Source: Azolla caroliniana
Taxonomy: Eukaryota > Plantae > Polypodiophyta
Assembly (NCBI GenBank): GCA_043228905.1
Contig: JBHGNT010000006.1
Location: forward strand, 17,422,001-17,486,000
Length of the DNA stretch: 64,000 nucleotides
Reading direction: 5' to 3'
Shown: positions 46,301-57,108 of the stretch, in pieces
How positions within the stretch are numbered: position 1 is the first letter of the stretch
Layout of the letters: every line of letters starts with the position of its first letter
Translations under genes and position numbers: made by a program
Notes under the pieces: generated by a model
What the model saw: the letters and a program-made list of their open reading frames with translations, nothing else
What the model was told of the DNA's origin: nothing
Databases searched by the model: none

Positions 46301-47420
46301 CAAAAGCTTGATTGATGAGAGCTCTATGCGATGGTGGACGAAATGGGCGCAGAATACGGCGGAACTCCAATTGCTCAGGGCGGACGTGGAAAACCGGCGG
46401 AAGGAGGGTGACAACTGTTATAGGCTGACGTCGGAGAACTTCACTGCCATAAGGGATGAGTTGGCCGAAGATTTCACAACCCTAGCGGATGAACAATTGG
46501 TGCAGGTCCGGTAGCTCGTAGCTCAACTGGACAACGATAGGTTGGAGGCTCAAATCTAGTTTGAGAGCTATGAGCGGTCCCGGCTTCGGGAAGAAAAAGC
46601 GAGGAAGGCGGCAACGATCAACCTTAGTGATGAGGAATCATTGCCGGTACAAGGACCAGACGGGCACCAGGCCGGGGTTAGTCAACCAAAGAAAACTCCG
46701 ACGGAGGAACCAATGAAGCAAACGCCGGTGCCAGAACGACAAACGGAGCTGCAGTCCCAAACGGAGAAGGCACAAATGGAGCATCCAGAGACACAAACGG
46801 AACAACAGCCACAGTAGCAGCAGCAGCCACATCATCAACAACAGATTCCCGACAAGCCATTAGAAATTCTGGAGCAAAGCATTCTGGACATTTTGGACGA
46901 AGCGTAACAGGGCCGGATAATGGGTTCGACGTACAAGGTACTATCCCACGGGTGTGCCATGTGTTACCCGGCCGACAAGAAGGCTTAAGGAGATCCAAAC
47001 CAGAGTGTGAAAGGAATAGTTTATTCGGGAATTGTTGTAATTAGTAGTCTTAATATATAGTAATATATGAGAAGATGTGGACGGACGGACCAGAATCGGT
47101 ATGCCGATCCGGATCCGGACCAATCCCGAAAAGGTGCCGGTTGGCACCGTTTTGTACTTCGCACCGGAGACCTATATAAAGGCCTGGTTACAATGTAATC
47201 AACATCGGATAATTAATAGAACTTATTGCCTTAATCTTTTAGTATTGATTACCGTTCTGTGCTTACTGTATATCTTACGCGTGTTAATGATGTATTGCTA
47301 AGCAATCGATTAAGGTCTAATTAAGCGTTGTGTTGTAAGTCATTCTGCCGTAACACCCTTTGGTGAAGTGTCTTAAGTGGACACCTTGTGTTAGGCTGTT
47401 GTCCGGCCCTAGGATTAACA
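43318..47420 (+). mobile_element. Element F: deletion derivative retaining LTRs and ORF3 only
   Basis: Perfect TSD ACGAT. 5' LTR 43318-~43716 (3'-truncated) and 3' LTR 46962-47420. No gag, pol or PBS. Confidence 0.9.
43870..46907 (+). pseudogene. ORF3 of element F (many stops)
   Basis: ITEEAIRALTGL...FGEYS...PRPPVMP...YEGVKVDW, then a coiled coil, ending SILDILDEA*. Confidence 0.82.
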
Positions 47421-47451
47421 ACGATTCTCAAGAAAATCGTGAACGAGCATC

Positions 47452-48270
47452 TGTAAAAGAATAGCGTGTGAGGAACCATAATAGACACAACCGTGTGACA
47501 CCGATGACAAAGAGAAGGTTTAATGGAAAGCTTTGAACACACAAATCTTAAGTTAAAAAATAACTCTTAGTCACATTATACAAGTTGCGCTCAATCGGCA
47601 CTTTTTATACAAGTCCTTATGGACAGACATAAGTATTTCAGAGTACTGACACATACCTCAATGCTCATTAATGAGCCTCCTACAATAACTCCCAAAATTA
47701 TTCCTTACGAGGAATAACGCTCTAACGGCCTCTCGGTTTACGCATCATTACAGCCTTTGTGCGTACGATTTTACGCACCCAGTCTACGCACTGGGTTACA
47801 CACCCGTTTACGCACCCAATCTTGAGCTTGTATCTCAACACTCCCTCTCAAGCTCAACTTGAGGTTCCGCCCACTCCTCCGGATCTTTGCTCCAGCTTCT
47901 CCTGGCTTCACGCCTTGCATGCGCTCCTCGACCCATCCGATCGGCTTTTCTGCTCGTGTGGTTCTTCTGAGCTCCCTTGCTATCATGGTGTTGACGCTTC
48001 TTTCACTGCCCTTTCCTCTGCTTGGCCCTCAGTTGATTTGGCATGTCCGAATTGAACATTTCGATTGAATCAGTCACTTCCCATTCATTTCCGCTTACAT
48101 ACGAATTGGCTATCTCCAATTTGTCTTCAGTCTTTAGGCCTTTGACAATGTCAGACCACGTCTTGGTCTTGGCCTTATTGCCCCCTTTTTCAGCTGTCTT
48201 CGGCTCTTCCCTACGGTTATGGACCCTTTACTCATCTTCGGATTCTTCAGCCAACACGAAATCGAATTCT
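47452..48270 (-). mobile_element. 3' end (LTR, PPT, Pol tail) of another copia A-family element
   Basis: LTR 47452-47840, PPT GAGAGGGAG, NLKLSLRGSVE and KAKTKTWSDIVKGL as in element A. Confidence 0.75.
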
Positions 48271-51200
48271 GGATATGATATGACCTAGTAAATTGTAAGT
48301 TTCAAAATTCACGGCGAGAGACATGAAAGAAAAAAGTAAAGTTGTCAGAAGTCATGCAAGATTTCAGAGTTCAAATAGTTGAATAGAAGCCATCTAAATA
48401 GGCTATGATATGATCTAATAAAATCTAAGTTTTGAAAATTAGGCCAAGGGACATGAAGGAGAAAGTAAAAATGTGACACAAGTCTTGCATGGGCAAACAA
48501 GAGCGCCCACATGAATCAAAAAGCTCATAGCCTTATATGATATTGGATTTCAGAGTTCAAATAGTTGAATAAAAAAGCCAACGAAATACGCTATGATATG
48601 ACCTAATAAAATCTAAGTTTTGAAATTCAAGCCAAGAGAAATGAAGGAAAAAGTAAGTTTGTGGTAGAAGCCATGTTGTGGCAAACAAGAGTGCCCACAT
48701 GAATCAAGAAGCTCATAGCATCCTCATATGATATCGGATTTCAGAGTTCAAGTAGTTGAATCAAAGCCAACCAAGTAGGCTAGGATATGACCAAATAAAA
48801 TCTAGGTTTTGGAAATTCAGGCCACGAGATATGAAGAAAAGAGTAACGTTGTGGCAGACGTCATCCATGGGCCAACAAGAGCGCCCACGTGAATCAAAAA
48901 GCTCATAGCATCCTCATATGATATCGGATTTCAGAGTTCAAATAGTTGAATCAAAGCCAACGAAGGTTTCTATGATATGAACTAATAAAATCTAAGTTTT
49001 GAAATTCAGCAAAAGAGACATGAAGGAAAAAGTAAAGTTGTTGCAGAAGTCATGGAGGGGCAAACAAGAGCGCGCACATGAATCCAAAAGCTCAATATGA
49101 TATTAGATTTTAGAGTTCAAATAGGTGAATCAAAGCCAACCAAGTAAGCTATTATATGTCATGATAAAATACAAATTTTGAGATTTATGGCGAGAGACAT
49201 GAAGGAAAAAGTAAAGTTGTGGCAGAAGTCATGCAGGGGCAAACAAAAGTGCACACGTGAATTAAAAAGCTCATAGCATTCTCATGTGATATTGGATTTG
49301 AGAGTTTAGTTACTTGAATCAAGGCCAACAGAGTAGGCTATAATATGACCTAATAAAATATAAGTTTTGAAATTTAGGATAATAGACATGAAGGAAAAAA
49401 TAAAGTTGTGGTAGAAGTCATGCAGGGGCAAAAAAGAGCGCCCAAATGAATCAAAAAGTTCATAACATCCTCATATGATATCAGATTTGAGAGGTAAAAT
49501 AAATGAATCAAAGCCAATGCAGTAGATTATTATATGACCCAATAAAATCTAAGTTTTGAAATTCAAGCCAAGAGACATGAAGGAAAAAGTAAAATTGTGG
49601 CAGAAGTCATGCAGGGGCAAACAAGAGTGCCGACGTGAATCAAAAAGGTCATAGCATCCTCATATAATATCGGATTTCAGAGTTCAAATAGTTTACTCAA
49701 TGCCAACGAAGCATGCGATGTTATGACCTAATAAAATCTAAGTTTTGATATTCAATCTATGAGACATCAAGGAAAAAGTAAAGTTGTTGCAGAACTCATG
49801 GAGGGACAAACAAGAGCACCCACATGAATGAAAAACCTCATAGCGTCATCATATTATATCGAGTTTTAGAGTTCTAAAAGTTGAATCAAAGGCAACGAAG
49901 CATGCGATGATATAACATCATAAAATCTAAGTTTTGAAATTCAGGCCAAGTGACATGAAGGAAAAAGTAAAGTTGTTGCAGAAATCTTGGAGGGGCAAAC
50001 AAGAGCGCCCACATGAATCAAAAAGCCCATAACGTCCTCATATGATATCGGATTTCAGAGCTCAAATAGTTGAATCAAAGCCAACGAAGTAGGTTATGAT
50101 ATGACCTAATAAAATCCAAGTTTTGAAATTCAAAGCGAGAGACATGAAAGAAAAAAGTAAAGTTGTGGCAGAAGTCATGCAGGGGCTAAAAAGAGCGCCC
50201 ACGTAAATCATAAAGCTCATGACATCCTCATATGATATCGGAATTGATAGTTCAAATAGGTGAATCAAAGCCAACAAAGCAGGATATGATATGATCTAAT
50301 AAAATCTAATATTTGAAATTCACGTCCAAAGACATGAAAGCAAAAAGTAAAGTTGTGGCAGAAGTTATGCAGGGTCAACAGCATCCTCATATCATATCTG
50401 ATTTTAGAGTTCAAATAGGTTAATGAAAACCAACGAAGCAAGCTAAGAGAAATGAAGGAAAAAGTAAAATTGTTGCAGAAGTCATGGAGGGGCAAACAAG
50501 AGCGCCCACATGAATCAAAAAGCTCATGGCGTCCTCATATTATATCAGGTTTCAAAGCTCAAATAGTTGAATCAAAGCCAACGAAGTAGGTTATGATATT
50601 TACTAATAAAATCTAGGTTTTGAAATTCACGGCAAGAGACAAGAAAGAAAAAATTAAAGTTGTAGCAAAAGACATGCAGGGGCAAAAAACAACGCCCACG
50701 TAAATCAAAAAGCTCATAGCATCCTCATATGATATCGTATTTGACAGTTCAAATAGGCGAATCAAAGCCAAAGAAGTAGGATATGATATCAGATTTTAGA
50801 GTTCAAAGAGGTTAACGAAAGCCAACGCAGGAAGTTGTGATATGTCCTAATAAAATCTAAGTTTAGAAATTCAGGCCAAGAGGCATGAAAGAAAAAGTAA
50901 AGTTGTGGTAAAAGTCATGCATGGGCAAACAAGCGTGCCCACTTGAATCAAAAAGCTCATAGCGTCCGCATATGATATCGGATTTCAGAGCTCAAATAGT
51001 TTAATCAAAGCCAACAAAGTAGGTTATAATATATACTAATAAAATGTAGGTTTTGAAACTCACAGCAAGAAACAAGAAAGAAAAAAGTAAAGTTGTGGCA
51101 GAAGTCATGCAGGGGAAAAAAAGAGCGCCCACGTGAATCAAAAAGCTCATAGCATCCTCATATGATATCAGATTTGAGAAGTAAAATAGATGAATCAAAG

Positions 51201-52689
51201 ACAATGAAGTGGGCTATTATATAACCTAATAAAATCTAAGTTTTGAAATTCAAGCCAAGAGACATGAAGGAAAAAGTAAATTTGTGGCAAAAGTCATGAA
51301 GGGGCAAACAAGAGCGCCCACGTGAATCAAAAAGCTCATAGCATCCTCATATGATATCAGATTTTAGAGTTCAAATAGTTGAATCAAAGCCAAAGAAGCA
51401 TACTATGATATGACCTAATAAAATTGAAGTTTTGAAATTAAGGCCAAGAGACATGTAGGAAAAAGTAAAGTTGTTGCAGAAGTCATGGAGGGGCAAACAA
51501 GAGCGCCCACATGAATCAAAAAGGTCATAGCATTCTCATATGATATCGGATTTCAGAGTTCAAATAGGTGAATCAAAGCCAATGAAGGAAGCTATTATAT
51601 GCCAATGAAGGAAGCTATTATATGTCTTGAATCAAAGACAATGAAGTAGGTTATCCTATGACCTTATAATATCTATGTTTTGAAATTTAGGCCAAGAAAC
51701 ATGAAGGAAAAAGTATAGTTGGGGCAGAAGTCATGTAGGGGCAAACAAGAGCACCCACATGAGTGAAAAATCTTATAGTGTCCTCATATGATATCAGATT
51801 TCAGAGTTCATATAGTTGAACCAAAGCCAACGAAGCATTCGATTATATGACCTAATAAAATCTATGTTTTGAATTTCAGGTCAAGTGATATGGCGGAAAA
51901 AGTAAAGTTGTTTTGCAGAACTCATGGAGGGGCAAACAAGAGCACCCACATGAATCAAAAAGATCATAGCATCCTCAAATGATATCGGATTTTAGAGATA
52001 AAATAGGTGAATCAAAGCTAAGGAAGTATGTTATTATCTGGCATGATAAAATATGAATTTTGAGATTCATGGCGAGAGATATGAAGGAAAAACTAAAGTT
52101 TTGGCAGAAGTCGTGGAGGGGCAAACAAGAGCGCCCACGTGAATCAAAATGCTGATAACATCCTCATATGATATCGGATTTCAGAGTTCAAATAGTTGAA
52201 TGAAAGCCAACAAAGCATGCAATGATATGACCTAATAAAATCAAAGTTTTGAAATTCAGGGAAAGAGACAGGAAGGAAAAAGTAAAGTTGTGGTAGACGT
52301 TATGCAAGGGGCAAACAAGAGCACCCATATGAATCAAAAAGCTCATAACGTCCTCATATGATATTGGATTTGAGATTTCAAATAAGTGAATGAGAGCCAA
52401 CGAAGTGGGATATGATATGACCTAATGAAATCTAAGTTTCAAAATGCAGGCCAAGAGACATGAAGGAATATGTAATCTTGTGGTAGAAGTCATGCAAGGG
52501 CAAACAAGAGCACCGACATGAATCAAAAAGCTCAGAGTGTGCTCATATGATATCGGATTTTAGACATCAAATAGGTGAATCAAAGCCAAGGAAGTAGGCT
52601 ATTATCTAGCGTGATAAAATATGAACTTTGATATTCATGGCGAGAGACATGAAGGAAAAAGTAAAGTTGTGGCAGAAGTCATGCAGGGG
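48271..52689. repeat. AT-rich satellite array, ~189-bp monomer, roughly 23-25 diverged copies
   Basis: GAAGGAAAAAGTAAAGTTGTGGCAGAAGTCATG recurs at 49201, 49390, 49579, 49768 and 49957, among others. Some monomers are truncated. Confidence 0.95.
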
Positions 52690-53747
52690 ACGAATCAGAG
52701 CCGGAATCGGCTTGATCTCATCCATTCGGATGTGTGGGAACTGACACAGAATGTGATCATTGGCGTGAGTTGGTACTTCATTTCCTTCAGCAATGATTTC
52801 ACTAGGCACACTTGGATATATCTAATCGAGAAGAAAAGAGAAGTCTTCTCATGCTTTCGGGATTTGAAAACCTTGTCAAACGCGAGACCAGAAGAAAGAT
52901 CAAGTGTCTGGATTGGATGGTGGAAAAGAGTACTTTTCTAGCCAGTTCATGAGCTATCTGCAAACGAAGAGAATTTGATGGGAATTCTCTTGTAGATACA
53001 TGCTGAAGCAGAACGACGTGGTCGAGCATCGAAACAGGACACTAGTAGAAGCGGTAAGGGTGATGCTTGAGGACAAAAGCACGCCTAAGTTTTATTGGGT
53101 ATACTAAAGAATCAGATATCTTCCTCAGGGACAAAGGTGTCATTGTACTTCTCTCAACTTGAACCTGAGCTGATTGTTGTAGATGATGTAGTGGAATCCA
53201 GAAGAAAGAGAAGTATACCGGAATCAGAACGATTGGATAGTCCGACTTCTCTCCGGATGAATGAACCAAATCCGGACTTGTTGAGTCGGAGTGGTCTACC
53301 GGATGATTGTTGTCTGCCTGGCCGGACTAGCCTCAACATAGGTGTCTATCCGACACTTCTCCAAAGGGGTGGTAAGGATTGGATGCTAGGTTACACGTGT
53401 AAGATGATTATGATTAAGCACAGACGGTAAACAATACGAAGATACAGATAAACACGCAATAATTACTATTGTATTACTTCCCTCAAACCCTTTACAATTC
53501 ATCGGATCCTTTTATAGGCATCCGGCATGGTTACAATCGGTGCGCTTAGGCAACCGACATCCGAATCGGTCCGGATCCGGATCAGTACAACTGTACCGGA
53601 TCCGTCCCTCCGAATAATAATTCTACTATTATTTACTTCCTATTATCCGATCCGACTCCGCCTTCCCACTTGTCCTTGCTCTTCTGACCGGCCAACACAT
53701 GGCACGCCCGTGGGAAAGTGCCTTGCACTTCGAATCCACTCCTAGCC

Positions 53748-56700
53748 TCATTCTTCCTCCAAAATATCGAGCACACTCTGCTCGATGGTGTCAAGTGGTG
53801 CTTCTTCCTCCTGTTCCTTGCCTGTGTGGTCTCCGACCTCCGGTTGGGTTGGTTGTTTCGTAAAAATTTGCTGCTCCGGCTCTACTTGATTCTGTGGTGC
53901 CGGTGCTTCCTCACCGCTTCGTCCGGGTTATTCCTGTTCTCCCTCCGTTCCTGGCTCTGTTCTGTTACCAGTGTCGCTTTCTCCGGTCTCGACTGGTCGG
54001 CTCGATATGCCTCCTTCCTCTGCTCTGGTGTCTTCCGGTCTCAACTCTTCTTCTTCTCCGGCATCGGTCTGCTCCTGCTCTTCTTCTTCTCCTTCGAACG
54101 GAAGTTCTTCTTCGGGTATTCCTCGTTGGGGTTGTTCGGTGTCGGTTGGTTCAACTTCAGCCGGTCGCTCTCCCTCACTAATAGTGATTGGCGTCGTTCT
54201 TCCCTTAGCTTCCTGTCGTAACCGGTCCTGCTCGTATCTCTCCAACTCCAACTGAGTTGCGAGCTGCCCGTCATCCAACCTCTCTACCAACCCTCGGATT
54301 TCTTTGAGATGTTCTTCCGCTAAAGCGTAGAAATCCTCCGACAATTCTTCCCGAATGGACGATACTTTCTTCATCCATCTTGTAGAACTTGTCACCGGTC
54401 TTCCTCTGATTCTCAGCATCCGCTCGGAGTGTCTGCAGCTCGGCTGCCTGTTGTGACCACTCCTTCCATAGCTTTTCCGTACTTTCGTTGATGCTTGCCT
54501 GAGCTCGGGTATTCCATCCTGACATGATGAGCTTGATCCGGTCAACCCCCGCCTTAGCATGCACATAAGCTTCTTGCTTTTCCTTCCTTGCCCGTTTTAT
54601 AATGTCGGCCATTATCTGAGCCTGGGCCTCGTAATCTGCTTTCTGCTTTTCATAGGTACTTTGCAGTTTGCTGATCGTGAAGGTCGATTTTTCCTTTTCT
54701 TCATTCCTGATCTTGGTCAGATCCAGCTTTTCCCGCCTTAGCGCCTCTAATTCCTTCCTTCTCTCCGTCACTTGGGCTATTTCCGCCGACAATGCTTCCT
54801 TGTTGGCACTGACCTCATCTATTGCCTTAGCCAGGTCTAATTGGGTCTTTTTGAGCTGTTCTTTCAGCTTCTCTATTTGCCGGTCGTAGTCTGTTGCCCG
54901 TTTCTTGTTGTCCGACTCGGCCTGCTTGTGATCTCGGTAGAGACGGTCGAAGTCCTCCGTCTTCTGCTTCAGGCGTCGGTTTGCTTGAGCTCTTAACCGA
55001 TCGTCCCAGTCCTTCTGTTGTCGGAGTTCTTCCTGCAGTCGTTCTATCTCCTGCTCGGCATGTCGACGCAGTCGGTCCTTCTCCTTTTGCAGCTTCTCTT
55101 TTTCTTCTTGCAGTCGGTCATTAGTGGCTCGACCTTTCCGGAGGCCTTCTTCCATTTTTCGTCTGTCGTCCTCCACCGCTTTCCGTTGCTCCCTTTCTCT
55201 TTCCCTAAATGCCTCCTGAGCTTTTAACTCCTCTCGTAAGGTTTCTATTATTTTTTCGGTCTCAGGGCTGGTTTGCAAGGCTACCGGTTCCGGTTCCGGT
55301 TCTGGTTGCTTCCTTGTTGTCCCGACCGGCTCGGTGACAACTTGTGCTTGTTGAATTCCTTCCCTTGCCTGCAACAACTCCCCTTGCATTTCCTCGATCT
55401 GTGTTCGGAGCGCGACCAACTCCTGAGTTGTTGTATGCGTCAACTGTTGCCTACACGTTTCTTCTTTCTCTAACTGGTCCGCTACTCCTGATAACTGCTC
55501 CGAAAGCCATCTCAGCCATTGTGGCTTTGTTCTTCCTGTGTCGGGGTGGCCTTGCTTACTTAACTCAGGCTGTTTTTCCGGCCTTTTCTATGGCTCCGGC
55601 GCTTGTTCATTCTTCTTCTCTGGGATGACCGGTTCTCTGAAGTCCGGCACAACCGGTGTCGGTGCTGCTTCCCTCGGTACGGGTTCCGGTACTGCTTCCG
55701 CCTCGGCTACTGGAGGTGGTCCTTGCGCCCTCTGCTGAGTTTTGTCAACTGGTGAAGCCGGTCCTTTCGCCCGTCTCTCCCGACCCTGTCTTGCTGGGAG
55801 TCTTACCAGTGGTTCGGATGAGTCTTCTGTTTCAGCTTCCTCCTCCAGTGCGGCTACCAGGCGGACCTTTGTATAAAGACCTCTGGTTCCGGTTCCGGCC
55901 GTCGCAGCGTTATATTGATTGGTTTGCGTGCTACCGGTTCCTCCTCGGCCGATTTCCCTTTGCCTTTTCCTGCCGGTTTTGCCTTTGTTGCCGGTTCCTG
56001 TTGCTGTCAGGATGGTCCTTCCCCCCGTTGTTCTGCTTCTTGCTGGGTCCATCCGGGGGTGTGTTTCTCCAAGATCTGTCGGCGCTTTGTGACCTTTTTC
56101 GGCGTCGTCTCCTGCCGACCTCTTTTCTTTTGTGTGATGGGGAGCACCGGTGGGACTAACACTGTTAGCCATTGTGCTATCCCGGCCCATGGCTTTTTTC
56201 CTTCCACAAGATTCTTGATGGCCTCCTTCAATCCTTCGGTTATGAAATGGAGCCAGTCTACTTGTAATCCTTCGTATGCTGCTATTAAGAACGCTGCCCG
56301 GTACTTGGCTATGGCCGGGGGACGAGGATTCACGAATCCGTATTCCATCATGGCGCGGGCCACTTCTCCGAACAGCAGGTTCTCTCCGCCCTGTGTTCGG
56401 TACGCCTTGCTGCTGATAGAGTACTCACCGAAATATTCGAACAGGATTTCACTTGAAGGGTTTTCGATTGTTTGAAGTCCTCCTGCTTTTATCCCCGTGA
56501 GCGCCTGCACCGCTCCTTCCGTGATTTCTGATAAATCGATCGATGTTGCCGCCTGCTCTGGTTCTGCGTGTGGTGGATCGTCGGCGATCTGCAACAATCC
56601 TTTTAACCCGTTCTCCCTCATCCATTGGCGTGCCTCCTCCGACAGTACCATTGTTTCGAATTCTTCTTCTGTTGCCTGTTGTTCAGGATCGGGCTGTGTG

Positions 56701-56852
56701 TGCTCTGTGCGTCGGATCGCTCTTCTGTGCTTCTGCGCCTGTATGTAGGAAAATTCGTAAAAAGTGAGTCCTTCGCAGGCCTGTGTCTTATATAGTGGCT
56801 TTTGCCTCGAGCCGCCCTTTTTCGTTTCCCGTGCATGTTCCTCTCCCGCCAT
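53748..56852 (-). pseudogene. ORF3 of element E (~1000 codons, few lesions): globular domain, disordered linker, long coiled coil
   Basis: ORF pieces 56007-56927, 55588-56190, 54271-55443 and 53928-54566 are collinear with ORF3 of F. Ends SVLDILEEE*. Confidence 0.82.
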
Positions 56853-57024
56853 AATTAGTATGTCCTTTCTTGTTTGCCGCGTGTGAGTGCCCACGTTCCA
56901 TGCTTTAAATAGCAAGTACGCGCACATCCTTCTTTAATGCATAGTGCCTCTTCGTTGCATGGTGGCGCTCCCACCTCTTGTGATCTCAACATCATTACTA
57001 TGATTCGCGTCGATATTTCCCACG

Positions 57025-57097
57025 TCTTCTTCTTTTTCTTTTTTTTTCTTTTTTTCTTTTTTTCTTTTTTTTTTTCTTTTTTTTTTTTCTTTCTTTG
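57025..57097 (-). repeat. A-rich polypurine tract between integrase and ORF3
   Basis: T/C run on the plus strand, with counterparts at 43720-43755 (F) and 28832-28851 (D). Confidence 0.85.
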
Positions 57098-57108
57098 TTT
57101 GGACCATG

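Larger units (their letters stand above)
35110..47451 (+). mobile_element. Old Ty3/gypsy pol relic G (RT-RH-INT), host to three insertions
   Basis: Frames rejoin across the inserts: MMFGFKTTPT|TFQRII, DASDIAI|GSALMQ and NLHTI|LKKIVNEH. Confidence 0.85.

Noticed and set aside
43318-47420. F as a replicating non-autonomous ORF3-only element or spliced-RNA retrocopy
   Set aside because: The deletion removes the end of only the 5' LTR and the PBS, so it must postdate integration.
50062-52809. Small hydrophobic membrane-protein ORFs
   Set aside because: They are translations of the 189-bp satellite (63 codons per monomer).
54271-55443. Host myosin/SMC-like coiled-coil gene
   Set aside because: It lies between the LTRs of E and is collinear with F and D, so it is part of ORF3.
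53748-56852. True retroviral envelope gene
   Set aside because: No signal peptide or hydrophobic transmembrane stretch is visible, and the protein is highly charged.
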